Source: Gemmatimonadota bacterium
GTDB lineage: Bacteria > Gemmatimonadota > Gemmatimonadetes > Gemmatimonadales > GWC2-71-9
Direction: 5' to 3'
DNA: 64,000 nt
Assembly: GCA_039586365.1 (NCBI GenBank)
Contig: JBDHKN010000009.1
Location: forward strand, 1-64,000
Positions 35,118-46,900 of this stretch are shown here, piece by piece (positions within the stretch are counted from its first letter, which is position 1; each line of letters opens with the position of its first letter). The notes under the pieces are model-generated. The model was not told the origin of the DNA, searched no databases, and saw only the letters and a program-made list of their open reading frames with translations. The translations under genes were made by a program, and so were the position numbers.

Positions 35118-37322
35118 ATGGCTGACCCAAAGCTAATCGTAGTTTCCGTACGCCTGCCCGTGCGGCTCTCGCACCGGCGGCAGGAGTGGCAAGTGGAGCC
35201 GAGTCCCGGAGGCCTCGCGACCGGTCTCCGCTCCGTAGCCCAAAGGCGGCCTTTCACTTGGGTGGGGTGGCCGGGAACGTTCGTTCCCGCCTCTGCGCAG
35301 GAGACAATAGTCAAGCTGCTGGAGTCACACGGAGTTCCCGTGTTTTTAGCCGAATCCGAGTATCAAGGATTCTATGAGCAAGTCTCCAATCGGCTCCTCT
35401 GGCCATTGTTTCACAACATCTCCGGCCGCTTGAGTTTTGACCGGGACGCCTGGAACGACTACCGGACGGCCAATGAGCGGTTCGCGAACGCAGTATGCGA
35501 AGTAGCACAGCCCGGAGACACTGTGTGGATTCACGACTACCAGTTGACGCTGGTGCCAAGGATGCTGCGTGACAGTGGCCTGGATTGTGCCATCGGCTTC
35601 TTTCTTCACATTCCATTTCCTTCGCACGAGACCTATCGCACACTGCCAGTGCGCGAGGAGGTGCTGCGTGGGATGCTTGGAGCCGATCTAGTCGGATTCC
35701 ACACTTACGAATTCGCCCAGCATTTCCGTAATGCTTGTCTGCGTGTCTTGGGCCTCGAATCCGAGCAGGATGTCATCTCCCTTCCCAGCCACTTGGCCCA
35801 CTTGGGCGTCCATCCCATTGGAGTCGATCCGGCGGAGATTCTGGGGTTTGCCGAGCTACCTGAAGTGCAGCAAGAGCTGGCTGATCTTGAGCGGAAGTTC
35901 TCGGGGAAAAAGGTCATCCTGGGTGTAGATCGCCTCGATTACACCAAGGGTATTCCCGAGAAGCTACTGGCCTTCGAGGAATTCTTGCAGCGCAACCCCG
36001 AATGGCGTGCCAGAGTTGTTCTCATTCAGGTAGCCTCTCCAACCCGCACCGAGGTGAAGGAGTATCGCGAGCTCAAGCGAGAAGTGGATGAGTTGGTCGG
36101 TCGGATAAATGGTAGCTACGGCAGCTTCAGTCACACCCCGATCGTCTACATAAACCAGTCGGTGCCGCGCGAGCGCCTCACTGCGCTGTATCAGATAGCC
36201 GACGTGGCGTTTATAACGCCGCTTCGTGACGGCATGAACTTGGTGGCTCTGGAATACGTCGCGGCGCGTGGGCCGCGTCCGGGAGTGTTGATACTCAGTG
36301 AGTTTGCTGGAGCGGCGGCGTGCTTGGGTGGCGCACGGTTGGTGAATCCGCACAACACCAGCCGCATGGCGGATGTGCTCACTGAAGTGCTAGTCAATCC
36401 GGCAACCACCGGAGAGACATTCCGACAGATGCAGGAGTTCGTCCGTAACAACACGGCGTACGCCTGGGCTAATCGGTTTCTTGTTCGGCTCGCAAGTGTC
36501 CACGACACCCGCCGTTTCGGGGCGCGGCGGCTCAGGTTTGCGGCAGCGCCGCCGGATGCAGCTCGACCCCAAGCAGGTGCCCTGTTCCTCCTCGACTACG
36601 CTGGGACTCTACACCCTCACGTTCCCGTCCTGAGTGAAGCTGCTCCGGATGCGCGGCTCAAAGGAGTGCTCGAGGCACTCGGTGGAATGGCACGACTCTA
36701 CATAATGAGTGGCCAACCCGCGGACGTGATGGATGATTGGTTTGGTGAGCTGCCAGTTGGTCTGGTTTGCGAGGATGGTCTCGCCGTGAAGCACCCTGGC
36801 CAGGATTGGCCAGAAATGCCCGCGGTAGATCAAGCCGTGTTCGAGGAGATCGTAGAACCCGTGATGGTGGATTTCTATGAGCATACACCCGGTAGCAGGA
36901 TCGAACAGAAGAAGGCAGCGATTTCGTGGCGCTACCGGGCCGCTGACCCGAAGCTCGGTCCGCGCCGTGCCAAGGAACTCTACGCTCAACTGGAGGATCT
37001 GCTTCACGGAATGCCGTACGCAGTGAAGGCCGGGAAGAGAGCGATTGAGGTCAGGCCCGTGCATCTGACAAAGACGAGTGTCGCCGGCGCGCTCCTGGCG
37101 CAGTACCCGGAAGCGGAATTTGTCTTCTGCGCCGGGAACGACGGTCCGGATGAAGAGATGTTTGAGGTTGTGTTGCGGTCAAAGCGACCACACCTGTACA
37201 CATGCTACGTAGGTGGAAAGGACACGGTGGGGCAGTACTTTGTGGAGTCACCGGATGAGTTGTTGACGCAGCTCGAGACCTTAATCTCGGTGTGGTCTAG
37301 TTCTCCGGTTCCCAGTTCCTGA
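35118..37322 (+). CDS. otsA: Trehalose-6-phosphate synthase fused to a degenerate phosphatase domain (OtsA-OtsB-like)
   Basis: PGGLATGL, WVGWPG, LWPLFH, WIHDYQL, FFLHIPFP, GVDRLDYTKG, DGMNLVALEY, LSEFAGAA; start placed at ATG 35118. Confidence 0.92.
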   Translation: MADPKLIVVSVRLPVRLSHRRQEWQVEPSPGGLATGLRSVAQRRPFTWVGWPGTFVPASAQETIVKLLESHGVPVFLAESEYQGFYEQVSNRLLWPLFHNISGRLSFDRDAWNDYRTANERFANAVCEVAQPGDTVWIHDYQLTLVPRMLRDSGLDCAIGFFLHIPFPSHETYRTLPVREEVLRGMLGADLVGFHTYEFAQHFRNACLRVLGLESEQDVISLPSHLAHLGVHPIGVDPAEILGFAELPEVQQELADLERKFSGKKVILGVDRLDYTKGIPEKLLAFEEFLQRNPEWRARVVLIQVASPTRTEVKEYRELKREVDELVGRINGSYGSFSHTPIVYINQSVPRERLTALYQIADVAFITPLRDGMNLVALEYVAARGPRPGVLILSEFAGAAACLGGARLVNPHNTSRMADVLTEVLVNPATTGETFRQMQEFVRNNTAYAWANRFLVRLASVHDTRRFGARRLRFAAAPPDAARPQAGALFLLDYAGTLHPHVPVLSEAAPDARLKGVLEALGGMARLYIMSGQPADVMDDWFGELPVGLVCEDGLAVKHPGQDWPEMPAVDQAVFEEIVEPVMVDFYEHTPGSRIEQKKAAISWRYRAADPKLGPRRAKELYAQLEDLLHGMPYAVKAGKRAIEVRPVHLTKTSVAGALLAQYPEAEFVFCAGNDGPDEEMFEVVLRSKRPHLYTCYVGGKDTVGQYFVESPDELLTQLETLISVWSSSPVPSS

Positions 37323-37385
37323 TCCGCACCAGTTTCACACTGCCGAGCTGAGCAGCCGGAGTGGATTAGGAGACAACGGCCGGCC

Positions 37386-39554
37386 TCACCCGGACCGAAT
37401 TGCACGCGTGGCGACACCGTCCAGGAGCAACTTCGTTGCAGTACGGCGAAACAGCTCTTCCAACGAGACAGACATCCGCCGTGACCAGTTGGGGAACCGA
37501 TCCATCGGTACCCCGGGCAGATTCACGGGATCTACTTCGCCGGCGAGATCGTCCACGGAGACCGCGAGGAGTGGCGCTGGCGTTTGGGCCAGGAAGGCAT
37601 ATATGGCAGCAGTCAGCTCGGTTAGATCGCGTGACTGATCAGTACCGGTTATGAAACCTTCCTGGCGCAGGCGTTGTACCAGCGCTCGCCGTTCTCTGTC
37701 ACGCTGCTCGACTGCTTCACGTGAGAGAATATCATCCGCGTAGGCTCCCGCCTGTAGCCGCAGCTTCAGATCTCGACCGCTCCAGTAGCCCGCAAGCGGT
37801 GCCTGATCGTGCGTATTGGCTGCAACCAGCGCACGGTCGGAGTACATCCTGGAAGATCGGAACCTTCCTCGCCGATCGCGCTCGTAATACAGTACGCGTG
37901 ACGACAGTATCCCCCAGCGAGACAATCGCGCCTGGAGACCAGCCGGTACGGTGCCAAGATCCTCTCCCACCACCACGGTACGGTGGCGTGTGCTCTCCAG
38001 CGCTAGGATACCAAGAAGCTCGTGCGCTGGGAAACGGATGTAAGCGCCCTGTGATGCTGACAGTTTCTGGGGTATCCAGAACTGTCGGAACAAGCCCATC
38101 ACATGGTCGATGCGCAGGGCACCGGCACCCCGGAGACAGCTGCGAACCACCTGAATCCAATAGTGGTACCGGTTCTCTCGTAGCTTCATGGGAGCAATCG
38201 GTGGCAGGCCCCAATCCTGTCCGCCGGTAGCGAAGTTGTCCGGTGGCGCGCCGATGTGCACGCCGGTGACGAAGTGATCCTTGAATGCCCAGGTGTCGCA
38301 CCCGTTTGGATGCACCCCTAGAGCCAAGTCGGCGTAGATGCCGATGGGCATCTTGGGCTTGACAGTGGCGGCCACCAACCCAAGTTGGCGGTCCAGTTCG
38401 AACTGCAAGTAGCGATGGTAGTCGATTTCGAACGCATGCTCTCGCTGGAACTGCTTCACTGCGGCGGAGTGCGGATCACGCAGAGGTGAGGGCCAGTTCT
38501 GCCACCCTCCCTGCCTTTGCTCCTGGCTCACCAGGTGGTCTTCCAATGCGCGGAACGTCGCGTACAATGCCAACGCCGATCCAGCGTTCTGTATATACCC
38601 CCGGAACTCGCCCGCCCGCCTGGTGGCGCGGTGCAGGTGTTGCTCCATGAATTCCAGATACAGCAGTCGTAAGACCTGGCGCTTCAAATCCGCAGTCCTC
38701 TGGTAATCGACTTGCGAACTCGATCTCAGCTGTCGTAGCTCCGCTGTGAAACTGTCCGACGCCACCAGTTCTTGGGCCGCATGACAGTGCTTGAACTCGG
38801 GGACTGCAGTCACGTCCAAGTAGATCTCGTTGCGGAATATGCGGCTGATTGGACTGTAGGGGCTGATATCCTGGCCTCGATTCCAGAGTGAGTGCAGCGG
38901 GTTGACTCCGACAAAGGCGGCGCCACGGTCAGCGGCCCAGTTCACCAGCTGCCACAGGTCCGTCAGGTCCCCCACGCCATAGTTGCTATTGCTCCTCAAG
39001 GTGTAGAGGTTCGTCCAGAGCCCGAAGCCACGCGCGGATCCCAGAACGGTGGCGACGCTGATGCACGACTTGGGAGATACGATTCGCATCTGTTCGGCAC
39101 TGCGAGAGCCGCCAGGACCAGCGACAGTGATCTCCAGTGAGTGATATCCGAAACCCAGTAGTTGTGGGATCTTGACTCGGGCGACCCCGTCACGGTGCAC
39201 ACTCAGTCGTCCTTCAGTCACCAGAGCGTCTTCACCTTCGGCAGTAAGAGACAGTTGATAGTCTGTTGCCGCGGATTTGACGCCGTCAGGAAGTTGCACC
39301 CGCAGAGTCTGGATCCTGGGGTCGGGGAATCTCCTGACCTCAACGGGTTCAACTAGACGCAGGCGATCCTGTGCGTCGAGTTGTCGCAAGGACTGTCTGG
39401 CGGCGCGTTCGCTGGAGACGGAAAACCCAAGAGCTTCCAGCAGAGCTACACGACTCGTATCGCTGGTTGTTTTGTGGCGGCCGCTGTGATCTCTGTAATG
39501 GCTCAGGATGCCGACGCGGTCGGCCAGATCTTGGATTTCCGACCTGTGTGACAC
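37386..39554 (-). CDS. malQ: 4-alpha-glucanotransferase (GH77)
   Basis: GVGDLTDL, SPYSPISR, DLALG, GAPPD, GQDWGLPP, RIDHVMG, GEDLG, THD, NLPG...PNW. Confidence 0.96.
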   Translation of the reverse strand: MSHRSEIQDLADRVGILSHYRDHSGRHKTTSDTSRVALLEALGFSVSSERAARQSLRQLDAQDRLRLVEPVEVRRFPDPRIQTLRVQLPDGVKSAATDYQLSLTAEGEDALVTEGRLSVHRDGVARVKIPQLLGFGYHSLEITVAGPGGSRSAEQMRIVSPKSCISVATVLGSARGFGLWTNLYTLRSNSNYGVGDLTDLWQLVNWAADRGAAFVGVNPLHSLWNRGQDISPYSPISRIFRNEIYLDVTAVPEFKHCHAAQELVASDSFTAELRQLRSSSQVDYQRTADLKRQVLRLLYLEFMEQHLHRATRRAGEFRGYIQNAGSALALYATFRALEDHLVSQEQRQGGWQNWPSPLRDPHSAAVKQFQREHAFEIDYHRYLQFELDRQLGLVAATVKPKMPIGIYADLALGVHPNGCDTWAFKDHFVTGVHIGAPPDNFATGGQDWGLPPIAPMKLRENRYHYWIQVVRSCLRGAGALRIDHVMGLFRQFWIPQKLSASQGAYIRFPAHELLGILALESTRHRTVVVGEDLGTVPAGLQARLSRWGILSSRVLYYERDRRGRFRSSRMYSDRALVAANTHDQAPLAGYWSGRDLKLRLQAGAYADDILSREAVEQRDRERRALVQRLRQEGFITGTDQSRDLTELTAAIYAFLAQTPAPLLAVSVDDLAGEVDPVNLPGVPMDRFPNWSRRMSVSLEELFRRTATKLLLDGVATRAIRSG

Positions 39555-39558
39555 GCGC

Positions 39559-41769
39559 CTAGCCGGTTGGGGTCAGCACAAGAACAGCGAGCGGGGGTAG
39601 ACGAAGGAGCAGGGACTGTTGTTGACCGTGCCATAAGATGGACTCGGTATCGAGTTGGGATAGAGTCCCAAAGTCGCTGCCTCCGTACTCCGGGCTGTCG
39701 GAGGAAAACCGCTCGACGTACTGTCCACTCAGTGGTGTCCCGACTCTGTACTGTTCGCGCGGCACGGGCGTCAAATTCAGCACGATCAGAGCGTGGTCGC
39801 TACCGTCGCGCCGCACGTACGAGAAGACGCTGTTCTCGCGATCGCCGCAATCGATCCACGCAAATCCCTCAGGATCGACGTCCCCACGCCATAGACAGGG
39901 GGACTCGCGGTACAATGTCCCGAGGTCGGCGAGGAAGCGCATAAGCGCGGTGCGGTTGGGATCCTCAAAGAGGTGCCATCCGAGGCTCTCGTCGTGATTC
40001 CACTCCCGGTCTGCCGCGATCTCGGTGCCCATGAACAGGAGCTGCTTTCCAGGGCGAGTATACTGGTAGGTCAGCAATGCCCGTAGGTTGGCAAGCCGCT
40101 GCCACTCGTCACCAGGCATCTTCTGGAGTAGAGATCCTTTACCGTGCACGACTTCGTCATGTGACAGCGGCATGATGAACCGCTCGCTGTACTCGTAGAG
40201 CATTGCGAATGTGAGTTGGTCGTGGTGGTACTTGCGGTGCACCGAATCCTTCCGGAAGTACTCGAGGGTATCGTGCATCCACCCCATGTTCCACTTGAAC
40301 GTGAATCCTAGACCCCCGTCAGCGATCGGCCGCGAAACTCCGGACCAGGCCGTTGACTCTTCAGCTACGGTGATACAGCCAGGATATTCAGTCGAGATGG
40401 TGCTGTTGAAGTCTTTGAGGAACTCCACGGCCTCCAGGTTCTCCCGCCCGCCGTGCTCGTTCGGAATCCACTGACCCTCCTCACGGCTGTAGTCGAGGTA
40501 GAGCATCGACGCCACTGCGTCGACACGCAAGCCGTCGGCGTGAAACTCCTCGAGCCAATAAAGGGCGTTGGCTACCAGAAAGTTCTTCACCTCCCGGCGG
40601 CCGTAGTTGAAGATAAGAGTGCCCCAGTCGGGATGTTCACCGCGTCTCCAATCCTCATGCTCGTAGAGTGCTGTGCCGTCGAACCGGCGTAGCGCAAAGT
40701 CGTCCTTTGGGAAGTGAGCGGGCACCCAATCCAGTATTACACCAATGTCGTTTTGGTGGCAGTAGTCGACGAGATGGCGGAAGTCATCTGGAGTGCCGTA
40801 GCGTGACGTCGGAGCATAGTATCCGGTAACTTGATACCCCCAGGAACCCGCAAACGGGTGTTCTGCGATGGGAAGCAACTCGATGTGAGTGAAACCCAGT
40901 CGCTTGACGTGATCGACGAGTCTGGGCGCGATTTCCCGGTAGCTGAGGGGGCGGTTGAATTCTTCCGGTACCCGTGCCCAAGAGCCCAGGTGCACTTCGT
41001 AGACCGCCATTGGCTCGCGTAGCGGATCTCGGCGCGGCCGCCGCTCCATCCAGTCTCCGTCGCCCCAACGGTAGCTCGATTGCGCGACCCTCGATGCTGT
41101 GTTGGGTGCCGGTTCCGCGGCGAAGGCGAATGGATCGGCTTTGATACGGATGGACCCGTCCTGCGTCTTGATCTCGAACTTGTACAGCGCTCCGGCATGC
41201 ACATCGGGGATGAAGACCTCGAACACTCCGGATGCGCCAAGCGATCTCATTGGGAAGATCCTACCATCCCAGCGGCAGAAATCACCCACTACGCTCACCC
41301 GTCTGGCATTCGGCGCCCAGACTGCGAACGACGTGCCATCCACGCCTTCGATCTGCCGAGGATGTGCGCCGAGAACCTCCCACAACCGCCGGTGGTTTCC
41401 TTCGTTGAACAGATGGAGATCCAACTCACCCACTGTCGGAAGAAACCTGTACGGGTCGTCTGATTCCCACGCATCCCCGTTGGCGAAGTGAAATCGCCGC
41501 CGATAGTGCAGCGGCAGGTCGATCCCCGGTAAGAATCCGGCAAAGAGCCCTCCTTTCCCCAGTGGTTCGAGGAGGACCGGCTCCTGGCCGGGCAAGAGAC
41601 ATTCAGCGGCCCGTGCCTCGGGATGAAAGGTCCTGATGACCACGCCATTCTCGTGGCCCACGGTTGCACCATGCGCTCCGAGAATACGATGCGGTTCATA
41701 GTGATCACCCGCGAGTAATAGGCTCCGATCGGAGGGAGACACATCGAAGACTGCTTGGCGTTTGGTCAC
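39559..41769 (-). CDS. glgB: 1,4-alpha-glucan branching enzyme
   Basis: FAVWAPNA, YEVHLGSW, SWGYQ, DWVPAHFP, DGLRVDAVASMLY, AEEST, LSHDEVVHGK. Confidence 0.97.
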   Translation of the reverse strand: MTKRQAVFDVSPSDRSLLLAGDHYEPHRILGAHGATVGHENGVVIRTFHPEARAAECLLPGQEPVLLEPLGKGGLFAGFLPGIDLPLHYRRRFHFANGDAWESDDPYRFLPTVGELDLHLFNEGNHRRLWEVLGAHPRQIEGVDGTSFAVWAPNARRVSVVGDFCRWDGRIFPMRSLGASGVFEVFIPDVHAGALYKFEIKTQDGSIRIKADPFAFAAEPAPNTASRVAQSSYRWGDGDWMERRPRRDPLREPMAVYEVHLGSWARVPEEFNRPLSYREIAPRLVDHVKRLGFTHIELLPIAEHPFAGSWGYQVTGYYAPTSRYGTPDDFRHLVDYCHQNDIGVILDWVPAHFPKDDFALRRFDGTALYEHEDWRRGEHPDWGTLIFNYGRREVKNFLVANALYWLEEFHADGLRVDAVASMLYLDYSREEGQWIPNEHGGRENLEAVEFLKDFNSTISTEYPGCITVAEESTAWSGVSRPIADGGLGFTFKWNMGWMHDTLEYFRKDSVHRKYHHDQLTFAMLYEYSERFIMPLSHDEVVHGKGSLLQKMPGDEWQRLANLRALLTYQYTRPGKQLLFMGTEIAADREWNHDESLGWHLFEDPNRTALMRFLADLGTLYRESPCLWRGDVDPEGFAWIDCGDRENSVFSYVRRDGSDHALIVLNLTPVPREQYRVGTPLSGQYVERFSSDSPEYGGSDFGTLSQLDTESILWHGQQQSLLLRLPPLAVLVLTPTG

Positions 41770-43901
41770 CGGGCGTTCTCGGTTCGAAAGGCGTTCCCGT
41801 ACCTCAGTAGCACGATCGTGTGGCTAACAAGTCGGATGCCCCGGGTTTTTCCCACCCGTCCAAGTTTGGCCCGTGCAGTGTTCATCAAGTATTCCCACTG
41901 CCCCGGCTCAGCAAGATCTGGCAGTGTGAAGAACCGTGCGCGGGCGCTGCCGTTTAGCAGCAGTAGCAGGGTACTACCTTCGATTGGCCTGCCGCGGTCA
42001 TCGACTTCATCGGTGGCTGCCCCGTGCAGTAGCATACCCAACACCCGATTCTCGGGGTCGTGCCAATCGGCTTCCGTCATCCGATTACCATCCGGACGCA
42101 ACCAGTCCACGTCTTGCGTGCCGTCGTCTGCCATGGGCTTACCACTGAAGAACCCACGGCGACGGAACACCGGATTTGCTTGGCGCAACGCCAACACTGT
42201 GCGTGTGAACCCAAGTAGCTGTCGTGCCCGCTCGTCCAAGTTCCAGTCGATCCAGGATATCTCGTTGTCCTGGCAATAGGCGTTGTTGTTGCCCCGCTGC
42301 GTTCTGCCGAGTTCGTCTCCGTGAGACAGCATAGGAACGCCCTGGGAAAACGCCAGGGTGGCAAGGAAGTTACGCTTCAACCGTTCGCGCAACCGCAATA
42401 TGTGCTCTGCGCCGGTCTCTCCCTCAGTACCCCAATTGGCACTCCAGTTCGCGTCTGTTCCGTCTTTGTTGTCCTCGCCATTGACCTCGTTGCGTTTGCG
42501 TTCGTAACTAACGAGATCCCGCAACGTGAAGCCATCATGACAGGTGACGTAGTTGATGCTCGCGTGTGGGCTACGACCGCGGCGATTGTACAGATCGCTG
42601 CTTCCCGAGAGGCGATACCCCAGATGAGCCAGCTGTCCTGCATCGCCCCTCCAGAACCTGCGGACCGTGTCCCGGTATTGACCGTTCCATTCAGCCCAGC
42701 CGCCCGGGAAGTTGCCGACTTGGTACCCACCTTTTCCCACATCCCATGGCTCCGCGATGAGCTTGACCTGCGACAGAATCGGATCTTGCTGAATGAAGTC
42801 GAAGAACCGTTGCAGCCGATCGAGGTCGAACAGGTCTCTGGCGAGGGCGGGGGCAAGGTCGAACCGGAATCCGTCGACATGCATCTCTTGAACCCAATAG
42901 CGCAGGCTGTCCATCATCAGTTGCATGGTCCGAAAATGCTGCATGTTGAGCGTATTGCCCGTAGCAGTGAAATCCAGATAAAAGCGCCGGTCATCCGGCT
43001 TGAGTACGTAGTAAGACACATTGTCGATGCCACGGAGCGACAGGGTGGGACCGAACCGCTTGCCCTCAGCAGTGTGGTTGTACACGACGTCCAGTATCAC
43101 CTCGATCCCGGCACGGTGCAGCACCTTGACCATGGTCTTGAACTCTGCCACTTGTTGGCCGAGGTAGCCTGTTGCGTAACGCTGGTCTGGAGCGAAGAAA
43201 CCGATGCTGTTGTATCCCCAGTAGTTCTTCAATCCCTTGTCACTGAGTGTGCGCTCCGTGACATGGTGGTGCAGTGGGAGGAGTTCGACTGCTGTGACTC
43301 CGAGGCTGATGAGGTGCTCGATTATGGGGTCCGATGCCATTCCCAGGTAAGTACCGCGCAGCTGCTCCGGCACGCCGGGGTGTCGCGCGGTCATTCCCTT
43401 GACGTGACATTCGTAGATTAGGGTGCGGTTCCAGGGTGTCCGGGGAGGGCGATCTCCGCCCCAGGTGAACGCGGAATCGATGACTACGCATTTCGGTATG
43501 TAAGGAGCGCTGTCTCTTTGATCGAAGGAGAGGTCTTCCCTGGGATCACCGATGACGTAGCCGTACACCGCATCATTGCCGACAACATCCCCGGCGACGG
43601 CCTTGGCGTAGGGATCGATGAGCAGCTTGGCTGGGTTGAATCGGTGGCCTTGCTCGGGTAGGTAGGGACCATCGACGCGGTAACCATAGAGTTGACCAGG
43701 GCGCACGTCGGGCAGATAAACATGCCACACCATGTTGGTGCGCTCTCGCAGACCAATTCGCTCGGTCTCACGTGAGTTGTCGTGGGAGTCAAATAGGCAC
43801 AATTCGACCGCGCTGGCGTGCTCTGAGAAAATTGCGAAGTTGACACCTTCACCATCCCACGTCGCACCTAGGGGATACGGCTCACCTGGCCAGGTCCTCA
43901 T
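41766..43901 (-). CDS. glgX: Glycogen debranching enzyme (isoamylase)
   Basis: PYPLGATWDG, NYWGYN, DVVYNHTAEG, DGFRFDLA, AEPWD, CHDGFTL, GNNNAYCQDN. Confidence 0.97.
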   Translation of the reverse strand: MRTWPGEPYPLGATWDGEGVNFAIFSEHASAVELCLFDSHDNSRETERIGLRERTNMVWHVYLPDVRPGQLYGYRVDGPYLPEQGHRFNPAKLLIDPYAKAVAGDVVGNDAVYGYVIGDPREDLSFDQRDSAPYIPKCVVIDSAFTWGGDRPPRTPWNRTLIYECHVKGMTARHPGVPEQLRGTYLGMASDPIIEHLISLGVTAVELLPLHHHVTERTLSDKGLKNYWGYNSIGFFAPDQRYATGYLGQQVAEFKTMVKVLHRAGIEVILDVVYNHTAEGKRFGPTLSLRGIDNVSYYVLKPDDRRFYLDFTATGNTLNMQHFRTMQLMMDSLRYWVQEMHVDGFRFDLAPALARDLFDLDRLQRFFDFIQQDPILSQVKLIAEPWDVGKGGYQVGNFPGGWAEWNGQYRDTVRRFWRGDAGQLAHLGYRLSGSSDLYNRRGRSPHASINYVTCHDGFTLRDLVSYERKRNEVNGEDNKDGTDANWSANWGTEGETGAEHILRLRERLKRNFLATLAFSQGVPMLSHGDELGRTQRGNNNAYCQDNEISWIDWNLDERARQLLGFTRTVLALRQANPVFRRRGFFSGKPMADDGTQDVDWLRPDGNRMTEADWHDPENRVLGMLLHGAATDEVDDRGRPIEGSTLLLLLNGSARARFFTLPDLAEPGQWEYLMNTARAKLGRVGKTRGIRLVSHTIVLLRYGNAFRTENAR

Positions 43902-43926
43902 GTCTTTTGCCCCGGGGGATGCAATT

Positions 43927-46900
43927 TCATTGGTGTTCCGCCGTCAGGCCGAGCAACTGAGCAATGCCGCGCAGTGGAATCCTGACCCACTCCGGACGGT
44001 TGTTGAGTTCATAGAGCAACTCGTAGAGCGCTTTGTCAAACAGGTGTGTGTCGAGCAGGATCCTCCGTTCGTCGGCAGTCTTGGGAAGGATTGTGGTGTC
44101 ACCCACAGTTGCGACATAGGACTGGAGAAAAGTGAGTGCCACCCAACCGTACCACGAATCCGCCCAGGCTTCCACCGCTGGGACGTCCTCCGGCCTCACC
44201 CTGCCACCGACTATTGCCGAGACAGACGCGTAGTGGAAGGAGCGCAACATTCCCGCGACGTCTCTCAGTGGTGAGCGTTTCAACCGCCGCTCTCCCAACG
44301 GGCGAGCCGGTTCACCCTCAAAATCCAGAATGACGAAGTCTCTTCCAGTGTCGAGTACCTGTCCGAGATGGTAGTCTCCGTGGACGCGTATTCGGGCGGC
44401 TCTGATCTTCCGATCCAACACTGCGCGGAGGCGCGGTTCGATCGCTTTGCGCGCAGCCAGCACTTGCCTCGCTTCGCGGCGTGCGTCCTTTGGCAAGTAG
44501 CGGATGCGTTTCTCGAGATGACGCAGTACCTCGTCTGCCCTACTACGCGTCGACTGATACAGTGAACGCTGGTACATGGTGTTGAACTGTTCGGGCGCAA
44601 AGGCTGGATCGTCGGTGCGGGAGGCCAAGCTGAGGTGCAGTTCAGCCGTGCGTCTGCCGAGTAGGCGGGCAGACTCCAGGTAGAGGCCAACTTGCGCTTC
44701 GGCTGCTGCGGGGATGCTGCTATCCACGAGGTCGACGATGTGTGCGTCGGGCAGCAGGATTGGCTTCTGTCCGTCCGCTTGAGCCAGCACTCGCTCGAAA
44801 TATTGCTCGATTGTGTCGAGCGTATGCTGCCAGGCGTCACCCTCACTGGGTACGAATCCGTGCACTACCGCCAGCGTCATTGGTTCTCGCCGGGGGCGGC
44901 CATATTCCAGAGCTCCGGCGACCGGAGGCATGTGCCTGAATGACGTGCGTTCTGTGAGAAATCGACCAACCTCGAGATCGGGATTGCGGCCTTCGTCTAC
45001 GCGGCGGAACAGCTTCAGAATAAACTTGTCGCCATACACGATGGAGGTGTTGCTCTGTTCGGCCTTGAGAAGTGCCGGCTCCACCGACGCACTCACTTCC
45101 TTGATTCGGTTGCGGAAGCCGCGGGTGGTGAATCCCTGCACGCTTCCTGAGGTCCCCTTCAGGAGTCTCCGACGCGCGATCGTATCAATGAGAAAAGTGC
45201 AAAAATCTGGTTCGAGCAGGGCGTCATACAATACTCCGTCGACCTGTCCGTCCTCCTGCGCCACACTCAGTCGTGCGAGAATCTCGTATGGGTGCGAATC
45301 GAAGAGCTCGGAGGCTCTATCCCCAGTGGCAAATGCAACAGGCAGGCTGTAGAAGTCCGGATCTCCTTCTGTGTAGGAGACCTCCACCAACGTGAGACAT
45401 GCACCCCTTTTATCAAGTGGTGCGGCGACAGTATCGGCAATACGTGCGGAGAGAATCTGTCTCGCCTTGCCACCGAACCAGCGTCTAGCGCGCAGATATC
45501 CAGGTAGCAGGCGTTCGAGATCTTTGACCTTCTTGCCGCGGAATACGGAGTGCCAACTGCCTGGGACCGAGAGGGCGTCGGCGCGGGATGCGGTGATCGA
45601 GATGGATTCCGGCCTTTCGGGTGGCGATTCCAATCCGAACCAATAGAAGGCGTGGGGCGCCAACGTGACGAAGTAGGGCTCGGAGCGAATCTTCGGAAAT
45701 GGTGTCCGCCCGAACAACTCTATCGGCACCATTCCCGCCAGCTGCTGGAGGTCGAGTTCAGCGCATTGCGCAAAGCGGGAGAGATTGGCCACGACGAGCA
45801 CGCGCCCTTCGCCAGATCCGCGCAAGAACGCCAGGACTTTGCGGTTGTCCGGATGCAGGAACTCTATGGCCCCACGCCCGAATACCGGTGATTCCTTACG
45901 GAGCGCTATGATCCGTTTCATCCACCAGAGTAGTGAGTTCGGGTTGCTCTGCTGAGCCTCGACATTGACAGCTTCGTAGTGATACTCGGGATCGATGATC
46001 ACCGGCAGATAGAGTTGCTGCGGATTGCTGCGCGAGAACCCGGCATTCCTGTCAGCACTCCACTGCATCGGTGTGCGCACTCCATTCCTGTCGCCCACAT
46101 AGATGTTGTCTCCGATCCCAATCTCGTCACCGTAGTAGAGCACAGGTGTGCCTGGTAGGGAGAGCAGCAGGCTGTTCATCAACTCGATCCGCCGCCTACT
46201 ACGTCCCATCAAAGGAGCCAAACGCCGTCGTATCCCCAAGTTCACTCGGGCCCGGGGATCCTGCGCGTAGACCCGGTACATGTAGTCTCGGTCTTCATCG
46301 GTGACCATCTCGAGTGTCAGTTCATCATGATTGCGCAGGAACACGGCCCACTGACAGCTATCCGGAACGCCCGGTGTCTGATCCAGTATGTCGACAATCG
46401 GGAACCGGTCCTCCATCTGAATACCCATGAACAGGCGAGGCATGAGTGGGAAATGAAAGGCCATGTGGCACTCATCTCCGTTACCGAAATAGGCCACCGC
46501 ATCTTCCGGCCACTGGTTGGCCTCGGCGAGCAGCATGCGGTCGTCGAATCTCTCGTCTACCCGTCGCCGCAGCTGTCTCAAGAATTCATGGGTCTCAGGT
46601 AGATTCTCGCAGTTGGTGCCCTCTCTCTCGTACAGGTAAGGCACCGCATCTAGTCTCAGCCCGTCGACGCCGAGTCCAAACCAGAAATCCATCAGCTGCA
46701 GAACTGCCTTGCTGACATCCGGGTTGTCGAAGTTGAGGTCCGGCTGGTGAGAGTAGAAACGGTGCCAGTAGTACGCTTGCGCCACCGAATCCCAACTCCA
46801 GTTCGAGTGCTCGAAGTCTTTGAAGATGATGCGGGTTTCTTGATATTTGTCCGGAGTATCACTCCAGACATAGAAGTCACGCTGCCGGCTGCCGCGCGGC

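Noticed and set aside
42321..43421. Long antisense ORFs (366 aa opposite glgX, and similar ones opposite other genes)
   Set aside because: Shadow ORFs expected from high-GC codon bias on the opposite strand of well-supported genes.
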